A DNA stretch of 64,000 nucleotides from an uncultured Bacteroidales bacterium (GCA_946631995.1 CAMPAQ010000013.1:1072-65071), one strand, 5' to 3'; positions 52,601 through 60,779 are shown, counted from the first letter of the stretch. The notes: generated by a model not told the origin, from the sequence alone. Translations and numbers: made by a program.

Positions 52601-53930
52601 TCATGTCCTGACCGCCGATGTCGAGGATGAACGACACTTCGGGGTCGATGTGCTGCGCCGCCATGAAGTGCGCGATGGTCTCGATGATGCCGTGGTCGAG
52701 CTGGAAGGCCGCCTTCATCAGGTCTTCGCCGTAGCCCGTCGAACAGCTGCCCACGATTTCGAGGCTTGCGCCATTGGCCGACAACCTCTCTTTCAGTTCC
52801 TTCAGTCCGGTTTCGACCGCGCGGATTGGGTTGCCGTCGTTCGTATGATAGTAGTCGAAGACCATGCGGCCGTCGCTGTCGAGCACAACGATTTTCGTGG
52901 TCGTCGAACCGCTGTCAATGCCCAAAAATCCGCGTAGCGTCTGCCCCGGTGCGATGTCGGCCGATGGAATCCGGTTCCGCAGGATGCGCTCTGCCCATTG
53001 GCCATAATCTTCAGAAGATTGGAATATTGGGGCCAATGCGCCGGCCGACGTCATTCCTGCGACGTTGAACGATGACTCAATCCGCTCCACGAGCTGCGCG
53101 ACTGTCAACCATTCTTCATCGCTCACATTGGCCAACGCCGCACCCTCGGCCGGCAGCAAAGTGCCGCGCTTGGGCAGGATGAGGTCGCCATCGGCCAAAT
53201 GCATGTAGTCGATGAACGCGCGTCGCAATGCCGGAATGAAGTTCAACGGGCCGCCACAGAAGAGCAGCGGACGGCGGATGTCGCATCCGTGGGCCAACGT
53301 CATGACGGTCTGGACGGCGACGGCGCGGAAAATCGAGGCTGCGATGTCGCTCTTCGGAATATTCTTGGCAATGAGATTCTGGATGTCGGTCTTGCTGAAC
53401 ACGCCGCAGCGCGACGCAATCGGATAGACCTGCGTGCTCTGCATGGCCAACGTGTTAAGTTCATCGACCGTCACGCCGAGGATGATGGCCATCTGGTCGA
53501 TGAAGGCACCCGTTCCGCCGGCGCAGTTGCCGTTCATGCGCAGGTCCTGCGCCTCGCCGTTGCGGAAGAAGACCACCTTGGCATCCTCGCCGCCGATGTC
53601 AATCATAGACTGCACTTCGGGATATTCGTGCTGGATGCACTTCGATGCGGCGACGACCTCCTGCACAAACGGCAAATGGCAGCGTTCGGCAATGCCCATG
53701 CCGATGCTGCCAGTGATGCGCAGGGAAACAAGACACGATTCGGGGTCAAATCCGGGTTCGCCCTGCATGGCCGACCGCAACTCTCCGAGCGAGTTCACGA
53801 CCGACGCTTTGGCACGAGCCATGTGACGCTCGTAGCGACTGAAAATGACGTTGCCCTGCGCGTCAAGAGCCACCATTTTAGTCGTGGTGGAGCCGACGTC
53901 GATGCCAACCTTCAAGCAGTGCTTTTCCAT
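49617..53930 (-). CDS. Fused acyl-CoA dehydratase activase-like protein (two BcrAD/BadFG ATPase domains plus a CoA-enzyme-activase/DUF2229-like C-terminal half)
   Basis: - Two actin-fold ATPase starts are present: ..LKVGIDVGSTTTKMVALD.. and ..FLGIDSGSTTTKIVVLD..
- The cluster-ligand context is ..CAGGTGAFIDQMA.. / ..ACSSGCGSFLS..
- The long C-terminal region has ..FTSFGCGPDAF.. and ..LQPFGCIANHI..
- The start was set at the ATG at 53930 (MEKHCLKVGID), because the longer ORF runs into the tRNA. Confidence 0.85.
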   Translation of the reverse strand: MEKHCLKVGIDVGSTTTKMVALDAQGNVIFSRYERHMARAKASVVNSLGELRSAMQGEPGFDPESCLVSLRITGSIGMGIAERCHLPFVQEVVAASKCIQHEYPEVQSMIDIGGEDAKVVFFRNGEAQDLRMNGNCAGGTGAFIDQMAIILGVTVDELNTLAMQSTQVYPIASRCGVFSKTDIQNLIAKNIPKSDIAASIFRAVAVQTVMTLAHGCDIRRPLLFCGGPLNFIPALRRAFIDYMHLADGDLILPKRGTLLPAEGAALANVSDEEWLTVAQLVERIESSFNVAGMTSAGALAPIFQSSEDYGQWAERILRNRIPSADIAPGQTLRGFLGIDSGSTTTKIVVLDSDGRMVFDYYHTNDGNPIRAVETGLKELKERLSANGASLEIVGSCSTGYGEDLMKAAFQLDHGIIETIAHFMAAQHIDPEVSFILDIGGQDMKAIFVQEGVINRMEINEACSSGCGSFLSTFATSLGYGVADFAAEARKSQAPCDLGTRCTVFMNSKVKQVLREGASVADLSAGLAYSVIRNCLYKVLKLKSVNDLGKHIVVQGGTMRNDAVVRALELLTGAEVSRCDKPELMGAYGCALYAKNNTRPLPSPPEGGCLNTPSANKKLDELLAKADFTTKNVYCHGCDNQCLVTTYKFGNGKTYFSGNRCEKVFVNGASAKRKGLNAYDMKLRALFDRDGKASANAPKTTSAKIQTIGIPRGLNQYEEFPFWHTFFEQCGIRVVLSDVSNYRRYEQKAGMVMSDNICFPAKLMHSHVQNLIDKGVTDIFLPFVIHEKQADGQNSYNCPVVTGYSEVIRSVQGGQINMISPAISFKDENLLLRQCTELMAQLGVKSKKIVHEAFARARYEQHEYEQALARYSDDILAEARNNGHMVILLAGRPYHSDPLIQHQVADMIAGMGVDVITDDIVRNKQIDLADVHFVPQWAYPNRILKAAKWCAMQGDDVHLVQFTSFGCGPDAFLVDEVRDLMVRHHKSLTLLKLDDINNVGSMKLRIRSLIESLKLAKQKNAIGQKRNPEKFTTTPTFDESCRGRKILIPFFTQFVSPFIPVVFKLSGYDCESLPLSDNLSGDMGLRYANNEVCYPATLIVGDFVKAFRSGRYDPEKTAVAITQTGGQCRASNYITLIKKALVDSGFPQVPVISVAFEDLGNDQPGFTFPVRKILPTVFYGIMYGDVLAKFYYPAAVREKEPGLANALRDKYLQLGVEALTRKDRKGLLRLLANAADEFNDICIDRETKKVGVVGEIFLKFHPYAHKHVVDWLIGRGIEVQPPILIDFFMQSFVNRRVNLDTHITRSKVPDFIFAAFYKIIRRQYAKFNRIGARFRYYQPLRDIFDEARAGQDILTLNAQFGEGWLLPAEVAEFAKMGVNHVISLQPFGCIANHIIARGVERRIKAVYPDMNLLSIDFDAGVSEVNITNRLLLFIDNLK
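52106..52139 (-). repeat. Family B GC-rich hairpin element embedded in frame in the activase coding sequence
   Basis: The gene strand reads gacccctccccagccctcccgagggagggtg (compare gaccccctcccgacctccccgaggggagg at 5001). It is translated as ..RPLPSPPEGGC.. in the linker after the second ATPase domain. Confidence 0.7.
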
Positions 53931-54011
53931 GTTCCGTACCTGTTTTAGTTCAGATATGCCCTTTTTTAGCGAAAAATGCGCGTCCCGAAGAACACGCACC
54001 TCAATCACTCT

Positions 54012-54082
54012 GTTGCCCCACCGAGACTCGAACTCAGTCAAACAGAACCAAAATCTGGTGTGCTACCATTACACCATGGGGC
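54012..54082 (-). tRNA. tRNA-Gln (anticodon TTG)
   Basis: Folded by hand from the reverse complement TGCCCCA TG GTGT AATGGTA GCAC A CCAGA TTTTGGT TCTGT TTGA CTGAG TTCGAGT CTCGG TGGGGCA A.
- 7-bp acceptor stem, U8, and 4-bp D stem.
- T-loop TTCGAGT.
- Anticodon loop TT-TTG-GT.
- One 27:43 mismatch.
- CCA is not encoded. Confidence 0.8.
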
Positions 54083-54128
54083 AATCATTTTTGCCACTGG
54101 GAGAGCTATGCCTCCGTTTTAGCGAGCG

Positions 54129-54136
54129 CAAAGGTA
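54129..54136 (-). promoter_or_regulatory. -7 promoter box TACCTTTG (minus strand) upstream of tRNA-Gln
   Basis: The plus strand reads caaaggta, 47 nt upstream of the tRNA 5' end. Confidence 0.45.
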
Positions 54137-54251
54137 GCATTTTTTTTAATCTCAACCAAATTTTTTCCCGAATTTTCCGACGAAATTGCAGTTTCGAACC
54201 ATCGCCCATAAAATCGCCAAACCATTTTTTTGCATCTGTCGCAGAAAATGC

Positions 54252-54259
54252 TATCTTTG
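54252..54259 (+). promoter_or_regulatory. -7 promoter box TATCTTTG
   Basis: Exact TAnnTTTG, 46 nt upstream of the ATG at 54305. Confidence 0.5.
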
Positions 54260-54304
54260 CCCATAACAATGTACCCAAATGTGACACATTTATACTTTAA
54301 ATTT

Positions 54305-55294
54305 ATGAGCAAAATTGAAGACACAATCAAGGCCCGGGCCGAGTGGAATGCCCGCTTTGGCCTCAGCAACGTAAACGATTTGAATGCAGCAATCCGCGCA
54401 GGCCGTGCAGGCGACATCATCCGCACCACCGAAGCCCTTCAGGAGAAACATCTGGCTGCCATCGCCGAAGAAATTGCATCGCGACCCGAAATCAGAATCA
54501 TACTTTTGGCCGGCCCATCGTCCAGCGGTAAGACATCGACCTCAAAACGCTTGGCCATCCAGCTGATGACCTGCCTGAAACGACCCGTCGCCCTCTCGAT
54601 GGACAACTGGTTCGTGAACCGCGAAGACACGCCGCTCGACGAAAACGGCGAAAAGGACTACGAATCGGTCTATGCCATGGACCTGAAACAGTTCAACCGC
54701 GACTTGCAGGATCTGATTGCAGGCAAGGAAATCAAGCTCCCGACCTACAATTTCCATTCCGGCCGCCGCGAATATCACGGCCAAAAGCTGAGACTGGCCG
54801 ATGACAATCTGCTCATCATCGAGGGCATCCACGCGCTCAACCCCGTATTGACCGACAGCATTCCAGCCAAGAACAAATATCTGGTCTATGCCTCGGCTCT
54901 CACCGCGCTACAATTGCAGGAGGGCGTGCGGATTTCGACGAGCGACAACCGCCTCATCCGCCGCCTGTGCCGCGACTACAGCACACGCGGTTGCTCGGCC
55001 GAATCTACACTTTCGCGTTGGCCGTCGGTGCGTCGAGGCGAGGAGAAGTGGATTTTCCCGTTCCAGGAGAACGCCTACGCGGTTTTCAACACGGCAATGG
55101 TTTACGAATTGGCCGCACTTCACCCTAAGGCTCTGCACGTGCTTAATGAAGTGCCGTTCAACTCGCCTTGCTACGACGAGGCACAGCGTCTGCTTAAGTT
55201 CCTCGCCTATTTCACGCCGATTCCGGACGACGAAATCCCCAAGAACTCGCTGCTACGCGAGTTTATCGGCGGGTCGGTGTTCGACGTGGGATAA
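54305..55294 (+). CDS. Uridine kinase/phosphoribulokinase-family P-loop kinase
   Basis: Walker A ..LLAGPSSSGKTSTSKRL.. and ..LLIIEGIHALNP.. (PRK/uridine-kinase pattern). The start was set at the ATG after the promoter box (MSKIEDTIKA). Confidence 0.7.
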   Translation: MSKIEDTIKARAEWNARFGLSNVNDLNAAIRAGRAGDIIRTTEALQEKHLAAIAEEIASRPEIRIILLAGPSSSGKTSTSKRLAIQLMTCLKRPVALSMDNWFVNREDTPLDENGEKDYESVYAMDLKQFNRDLQDLIAGKEIKLPTYNFHSGRREYHGQKLRLADDNLLIIEGIHALNPVLTDSIPAKNKYLVYASALTALQLQEGVRISTSDNRLIRRLCRDYSTRGCSAESTLSRWPSVRRGEEKWIFPFQENAYAVFNTAMVYELAALHPKALHVLNEVPFNSPCYDEAQRLLKFLAYFTPIPDDEIPKNSLLREFIGGSVFDVG

Positions 55295-55298
55295 AGAT

Positions 55299-55337
55299 TC
55301 GGGAGTGTGACCAACGACATTGCGGTCACACTCCCGA
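55299..55337 (+). terminator. Perfect 14-bp-stem hairpin after the kinase gene (terminator-like, no T-run)
   Basis: tcgggagtgtgacc-aacgacattgc-ggtcacactcccga. Confidence 0.5.
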
Positions 55338-55568
55338 AACATAAAATAACAAATTTTGGCTGTTAATGCGAATCGAACTTGTCGGGGTACTTAGATTCGG
55401 TTGCACACTCCACTCTTCCGTTGGATGAATATGCAGATAGCGGTTGCGCAAATCCCATTGCTCGTCCAACAACAGATTTCGGAAGAAACGCTCCAAATAA
55501 TCCGCTCATAGATGCTTCATAGAGCCTTTGGTCGGCGAGTCTGGTTAGGCAACGCCATTGGCCAAGGC

Positions 55569-55604
55569 AAAAAAAGCCTCCCTCCAGCGCGTGCCGGAGA
55601 GAGG
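55569..55604 (-). terminator. Rho-independent terminator of the OmpA-family gene
   Basis: On the minus strand: cctctctcc-ggcacgcgct-ggagggagg followed by cttttttt. Confidence 0.7.
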
Positions 55605-55631
55605 GAATCTTGTGACCATTGGCCAATGCAA

Positions 55632-56321
55632 TTACTGGGCGTACTGCTTGACCATTGCGTCGGTAGCGAGGACGTAAACCTCAACGCGACGGTTGGCGGC
55701 ATCGGCCGCATTGTCGGTCTTAGGCTCGCTTGAAGCCATGCCGTACTCCGTGATGCGCGAAGCTGCAACGCCGTTGCTCTTGAGCACCGTACCCACCGAT
55801 GCAGCACGCTTCTCCGACAGAGGCTGGTTGATCTTGTCGCCGCCTGACGAATCGGTGTGACCCTTGACGACGATTGCGGTGTTGACCATATCCTCACCAG
55901 TCATATTTGAGGCGAACTTCTGGAGAGCGGTCTTGGCACTGGCCGAGAGGGTTGAAGAATTCTTGGCGAAGCTCATGTCTGCATCGAACGTAACCTTGAT
56001 GGCGGTCAGGCCCTGCGAATCCTCGACGGTCTCGACGGCAGCCTGCTCGGCCATTGCAGCCTTAAGTGCGGCAGCCTTCTTGTCCATCTGCTTGCCGATG
56101 ATTGCGCCGGTAGTTGCACCGACTGCTGTACCGACAGCTGCACCGATAATCGTACCCTTGGCATTCTTGCCAATCAATGCGCCGACGCCAGCACCAACAG
56201 CGGCACCTGCGCCAGAACCGATCAATGTACCTTTGGTTGTGTTGCTCATCGAAGAGCAAGAACCGAGACCCATCGCAATGATGGAACCTGCCAAAAGGCA
56301 GAGCACAGTTTTCTGAAACAT
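55632..56321 (-). CDS. OmpA-family lipoprotein with glycine-zipper N-region
   Basis: Lipobox ..AMGLGSC. The glycine zipper is ..GSGAGAAVGAGVGALIG..GAAVGTAVGATTGAIIG. The C-terminus ..VVKGHTDSSGGDKINQPLSEKRAASV..RRVEVYV is an OmpA_C peptidoglycan-binding domain. Confidence 0.85.
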   Translation of the reverse strand: MFQKTVLCLLAGSIIAMGLGSCSSMSNTTKGTLIGSGAGAAVGAGVGALIGKNAKGTIIGAAVGTAVGATTGAIIGKQMDKKAAALKAAMAEQAAVETVEDSQGLTAIKVTFDADMSFAKNSSTLSASAKTALQKFASNMTGEDMVNTAIVVKGHTDSSGGDKINQPLSEKRAASVGTVLKSNGVAASRITEYGMASSEPKTDNAADAANRRVEVYVLATDAMVKQYAQ

Positions 56322-56471
56322 ACTGTAACTAAGATTTTAAAGTTAATAATTGAGGTTGTTGTTTTGCATTTTACTGTTCACCGTTTCGGTCATTTGCTTC
56401 CACAAAAAGTGTCGTCATGCCATATGCCGGAATGGAATCATACGCGTTGAAAACGATGTTCAACACGACCG

Positions 56472-56479
56472 CAAAAGTA
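56472..56479 (-). promoter_or_regulatory. -7 promoter box TACTTTTG (minus strand)
   Basis: The plus strand reads caaaagta, about 150 nt upstream of the ATG at 56321. Confidence 0.4.
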
Positions 56480-56921
56480 ACGAAAAAATCTATAAATAAT
56501 CAAAAAAGATTGTTTTTTTTCGTTTTTTGTCCGACGGCTCTCCAGACGGCGCCGATGCACCACCTTCGGCCAACACCTTTTGCTTTAGCAAATTGCTACA
56601 CTTCCAATCCGGCAAACAACCCATATTGACACAAGCACCTTGCGAATGGGCAACTCCATCGCACAAAAACAAGGAAGACAAAAGGCCAAGCCCCACATTT
56701 TTAAACTTTTTGGCCGACGATTCTATCTTATGTTAAAATTATTTATTACCTTCGCTGCCGAATTTTGGCCGATTATTTTGCTGCAACATGCCCAAACGAA
56801 CGATAACCCAAATACAGAGCAGCAATGCCGCGTAGCAACGGAACGATGGACAGGACACTCTCTACGCGAATTTCAGATTGGCTTGATTCCGAACAACGAA
56901 CGGACTAACACTTTACATACA

Positions 56922-59375
56922 ATGAAAAAGATTTTATTCACGATGGTAGCTCTGGCAGCCGGCTCTTGCTTGGCGCAGAACAACTATCCAATTACCCCGA
57001 TTCCATTTACCGAGGTAAAGATCACCCCCGAGACTTTCTGGGGGCAGAGACTGGATGCAAGCCGTGAGGTGACAATCCCATTGGCATTCTCCAAGTGCGA
57101 AGAGACAGGCCGTTACCGCAACTTCGAACTTGCAGCGGCCCAACTGAAGGGACAGGGTTCCGACACCGTGGTCGTGCGCGGATTCTCGTTCGACGACACT
57201 GACGTTTACAAGACCATCGAGGGTTGCTCTTACCTGCTGAAGACCTACCCGACTCTCAAACTGAAAATCCAGCGTCAGGGACGTACCGACGTCGTTTCTG
57301 CCACGCAGTATATGGACTCCGTGATTGCCATCGTTGCGGCAGCACAGGAACCTGACGGCTACCTCAACACCGCCCGCACCATGAATCCGAAGAATCCGCA
57401 CAAGTGGATGGGCGCACGCCGCTGGGAAAAGGTTGAAGAGCTGAGCCACGAGTTCTACAACCTCGGCCACATGATCGAAGGCGCAATCGCACACTACCAG
57501 GCTACGGGCAAGGACAACTTCCTGAAAGTCGCAAAAGCATACGCCGACTGCGTGTGCCGCGAAATCGGCCCTGCCTCAAACCAGCAGATCCGCGTGCCAG
57601 GACACCAGATTGCAGAAATGGCATTGGCGAAACTGTTCCTCGTGACGGGCGACAAGAAATATCTGGCCGAAGCCAAGTTCTTCCTTGAAAAACGAGGCCG
57701 CACAGCCCGCACCGACGCCTACAGCCAGGCTCATCAGCCCGTGACCGAACAGTCGGAAGCCGTCGGCCACGCAGTCCGTGCCACATATATGTATTCAGGC
57801 ATGGCCGATGTCGGAGCCCTCACAGCCGATGTAAACTACGTGAAGGCCATCGACCGCATCTGGCAGAACATCGTCGAGAAGAAGATGTACATCACCGGCG
57901 GTATCGGCTCGACAAGCAACGGCGAAGCATTCGGCGAGGCATACGACCTGCCGAACATGTCGGCCTACTGCGAGACCTGCGCAGCCATCGGCAACGTATA
58001 TTTCAACTACCGTCAGTTCCTGCTGCACGGCGATGCAAAGTACTACGATGTGCTGGAGCGCACTCTCTACAACGGCCTTTTGTCTGGCATCAGCCTTGAC
58101 GGCGGCTCGTTCTTCTACCCCAACCCATTGGAGAGCATCGGCCAGCACCAGCGTCAGGCATGGTTCGGGTGCGCCTGCTGCCCAAGCAACGTCTGCCGTT
58201 TCATCCCATCGCTGCCGGGCTACCTCTATGCGACCCGCGACAACGACCTATACTTCAACCTCTACGTGAGCAACACCGCCGAATTCAAGGTCAACGGCCG
58301 CACATTCGAGATTGAGGAAGTCACCGACTATCCATTCAGCGGCTACGTGAAAATCTTCTTGCGTAAGGCTCGCGGCGCCGCCAACGTCAAACTGCGTATC
58401 CCGGGCTGGCTGCGCAACCAACCCGTTCCATCCGACCTCTACGAATACAGCGACGGCAAGCGTCCGAACTTCGTAGTGAAAATCAACGAAAAGCCGGTCA
58501 ACGTCACTGTTGACAAGTTCGGCTACGTGACTTTGAAGGGTGTTGACTGGCGCGCAAACGACAAGATTGAGCTCGTCATGGACATGGAACCTCGCGTAGT
58601 GAAGGCCAACAGCAAAGTTGAGGCCGATTTGGGTCGCGTAGCTGTTGAACGTGGTCCGCTCGTATATTGTGCAGAGTTTGCCGACAACCCGTCGTTCGAC
58701 GTTCGCAACATCCTGCTGAACCAGGCTCCGAAGTTCACGACGAAAGATGACAAACTGTTCGACAAATACAACGTCACCCTGCTCACCACCGATGCACAGG
58801 TATTGCTCTTCAACTCACGCGGCGAACTCCAGTCACGTTCCGTACAGCTGAACCTCATTCCATATTACGCATGGAACCACCGCGGACCTGGCTCGATGGC
58901 CGTATGGCTGCCACAGGATCTGCGTGCCACGACGCCTGTAATGCCTCCGACATTGGCATCGCGCTCGACCGTCAACGCATCGCACAAGGTCAGCTCAATC
59001 AGCGCCATCAACGACCGTCTGGTTCCAAAGAGCGAGAACGACCAGAACATTCCATATTACAACTGGTTCCCGAAGAAGGGCGGCATGGAGTTCATCGAAT
59101 ATAGCTTTGTACAGGCTACTCCAGTGCAGTCATCGACCATCTATTGGTTCGACGATTCTCCATGGGGCGGCTGCAAAGTTCCGAAGAGCTGGCGTCTTCT
59201 CTATCGTGCATACGATGGTTCTTGGAAGCCTGTCGAAGGTGTCGCCAACTATCCTGTCAAGAAGGGCGTTGCCAACACCGTCCAGTTCAAGCAGGTAACG
59301 ACCACCGCCATTCGACTTGAAGTCACCCAGCCAGACAATGCCTCATGCGGCATCTATGAATGGGAAATCAAATAA
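56922..59375 (+). CDS. Glycoside hydrolase family 127-like (beta-L-arabinofuranosidase, DUF1680) with C-terminal discoidin-like module
   Basis: Signal peptide MKKILFTMVALAAGSCLA. The motifs are ..SHEFYNLGHMIEGAIAHYQATG.., ..GHAVRATYMYSGMAD.., ..CETCA.., ..FGCACCPSN.. (Cys-rich metal/catalytic motifs of GH127). The start was set at the signal-peptide ATG. Confidence 0.8.
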   Translation: MKKILFTMVALAAGSCLAQNNYPITPIPFTEVKITPETFWGQRLDASREVTIPLAFSKCEETGRYRNFELAAAQLKGQGSDTVVVRGFSFDDTDVYKTIEGCSYLLKTYPTLKLKIQRQGRTDVVSATQYMDSVIAIVAAAQEPDGYLNTARTMNPKNPHKWMGARRWEKVEELSHEFYNLGHMIEGAIAHYQATGKDNFLKVAKAYADCVCREIGPASNQQIRVPGHQIAEMALAKLFLVTGDKKYLAEAKFFLEKRGRTARTDAYSQAHQPVTEQSEAVGHAVRATYMYSGMADVGALTADVNYVKAIDRIWQNIVEKKMYITGGIGSTSNGEAFGEAYDLPNMSAYCETCAAIGNVYFNYRQFLLHGDAKYYDVLERTLYNGLLSGISLDGGSFFYPNPLESIGQHQRQAWFGCACCPSNVCRFIPSLPGYLYATRDNDLYFNLYVSNTAEFKVNGRTFEIEEVTDYPFSGYVKIFLRKARGAANVKLRIPGWLRNQPVPSDLYEYSDGKRPNFVVKINEKPVNVTVDKFGYVTLKGVDWRANDKIELVMDMEPRVVKANSKVEADLGRVAVERGPLVYCAEFADNPSFDVRNILLNQAPKFTTKDDKLFDKYNVTLLTTDAQVLLFNSRGELQSRSVQLNLIPYYAWNHRGPGSMAVWLPQDLRATTPVMPPTLASRSTVNASHKVSSISAINDRLVPKSENDQNIPYYNWFPKKGGMEFIEYSFVQATPVQSSTIYWFDDSPWGGCKVPKSWRLLYRAYDGSWKPVEGVANYPVKKGVANTVQFKQVTTTAIRLEVTQPDNASCGIYEWEIK

Positions 59376-59388
59376 TCACATTATATAT

Positions 59389-59424
59389 AAGAGCTGTCTT
59401 CGCAACGGAGGCGGCTCTTATTTT
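59389..59424 (+). terminator. Rho-independent terminator
   Basis: aagagctgt-cttcgcaacggag-gcggctctt followed by atttt. Confidence 0.6.
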
Positions 59425-59533
59425 GCATCGGCCAAAGTGCAACCAAAAATTGCATTTTATTGGACGTTGCCGGATTTTATCGGCCATCGACATTAAAAAA
59501 AATGACAAATTTGGCCAAGACCTAAAATCCAAT

Positions 59534-59541
59534 TATCTTTG
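59534..59541 (+). promoter_or_regulatory. -7 promoter box TATCTTTG
   Basis: Exact TAnnTTTG, 133 nt upstream of the carA ATG. Confidence 0.45.
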
Positions 59542-59673
59542 CGCCAATTTAAAGGTATGGCAAGGACCACTTTAAGGTATTCAAGCGTCAAAAGGTATCA
59601 ACTCAGGGCGTCAATGCGACAAAGCGAGGCGCATCGGACAGAATAAAAACAACCTAAATATAAATAAAAGGCA

Positions 59674-60765
59674 ATGCAAAACGAAAAGGCAGTTTCGCTA
59701 ATCCTTGACGATGGCCATGTGTTCCGTGGCTACAGTTTCGGCTTTGAAAAGCCCGTCAATGGAGAAGTCGTTTTCAACACGGCGATGATGGGTTATCCCG
59801 AAAGTCTTACAGACCCGAGCTACAGCGGTCAAATTCTCGTTATGACGTTTCCGTTGGTCGGAAACTATGGTGTCCCAGCAGCATCACACGATGCCAATGG
59901 GCTTTCTTGTTTTTATGAGTCGGAGAAAATTCACGTAAGGGCTCTCGTGGTGAGCGATTACTCGCAGAAGTACAGCCACTGGAACGCCAACAAATCGTTG
60001 GCCGACTGGCTCAAAAGTGAACAGATCGTCGGCATCGAAGGCATCGATACCCGCGAACTGACCAAGGTGCTGCGCGAAAAGGGCTCGATGAAGGGCAAGA
60101 TTGTGTTCGACGGTGGCGACGACATCGAGTTTGAAGACCCTAATCTGGTTAATCAGGTGGCAATCGTCTCGACCAAGGAGGTCAAGCACTTCGGCAACGG
60201 CAAGAAGAAGGTCTGCCTGGTAGATATGGGCGTAAAGCAGAACATCATCCGCTGTCTGTTGCGCTACGATGTTGCCATCACGATGGTGCCGTGGGACTAC
60301 GACTTCAACCACATGGGCGAAACTTTCGATGGTCTGTTTATTTCCAATGGTCCTGGCGACCCGAACCTGTGCGGCAAGACAGTCGAGCACGTCAAGGAGT
60401 TCATGAAATCGGGCAAACCCATCTACGGCATCTGCATGGGCAACCAGATCCTCTCATTGGCCGCAGGCGCAGAGGTCAAGAAACTGAAATATGGTCATCG
60501 CGGACACAATCAGCCGGTTCAACGCTACGAAAACGGCAAGCCCACCACCCAATGCTTCATCACCAGCCAGAACCATGGTTTTGCGGTCGATAACAGCACG
60601 ATTCCAGCCGACTGGGAACCACTCTTCATCAATATGAACGATGGCTCGAACGAAGGTATCCGCCACAAGAAACAGCCTTGGTTCTCGGCTCAGTTCCACC
60701 CCGAGGCTTCGTCGGGTCCTACCGACACTGAGTTCATTTTCAAGGAATTTGTCAACCTTTTGTAA
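59674..60765 (+). CDS. carA: Carbamoyl-phosphate synthase small (glutamine amidotransferase) subunit
   Basis: ..GEVVFNTAMMGYPESLTDPSYSGQILVMTFPLVGNYG.., the catalytic ..GICMGNQ.., and ..QFHPE.. are present. 363 aa. Confidence 0.95.
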   Translation: MQNEKAVSLILDDGHVFRGYSFGFEKPVNGEVVFNTAMMGYPESLTDPSYSGQILVMTFPLVGNYGVPAASHDANGLSCFYESEKIHVRALVVSDYSQKYSHWNANKSLADWLKSEQIVGIEGIDTRELTKVLREKGSMKGKIVFDGGDDIEFEDPNLVNQVAIVSTKEVKHFGNGKKKVCLVDMGVKQNIIRCLLRYDVAITMVPWDYDFNHMGETFDGLFISNGPGDPNLCGKTVEHVKEFMKSGKPIYGICMGNQILSLAAGAEVKKLKYGHRGHNQPVQRYENGKPTTQCFITSQNHGFAVDNSTIPADWEPLFINMNDGSNEGIRHKKQPWFSAQFHPEASSGPTDTEFIFKEFVNLL

Positions 60766-60779
60766 TTGTCTTGCTTCTT

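Noticed and set aside
50553-52937. 794-aa ORF on the plus strand opposite the activase gene
   Set aside because: It is a shadow ORF antisense to a CDS with clear ATPase motifs. It has the same Arg/Ala/His/Asp/Val-rich composition, and no promoter box or signal features.
53931-54041. 37-codon N-terminal extension of the activase ORF
   Set aside because: It overlaps tRNA-Gln (54012-54082). The ATG at 53930 starts directly at the conserved MEKHCLKVGIDVGSTTTK ATPase N-terminus.
55363-55626. 87-aa minus-strand ORF immediately downstream of the OmpA-family gene
   Set aside because: It starts with TTG and reads straight through the strong OmpA terminator (55569-55604). Only the shorter ATG version is kept as a low-interest observation.
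56640-56921. 94-codon N-terminal extension of the GH127-like ORF (similar extensions: 25086-25211 for the porin, 54230-54304 for the kinase, 33006-33056 for GH28, 1931-2020 for the TBDR, 35197-35238 for tsaC)
   Set aside because: The extensions have non-coding-like composition, overlap upstream genes, promoter boxes or repeats, and are followed by an in-frame ATG that yields a proper signal peptide or conserved N-terminus.
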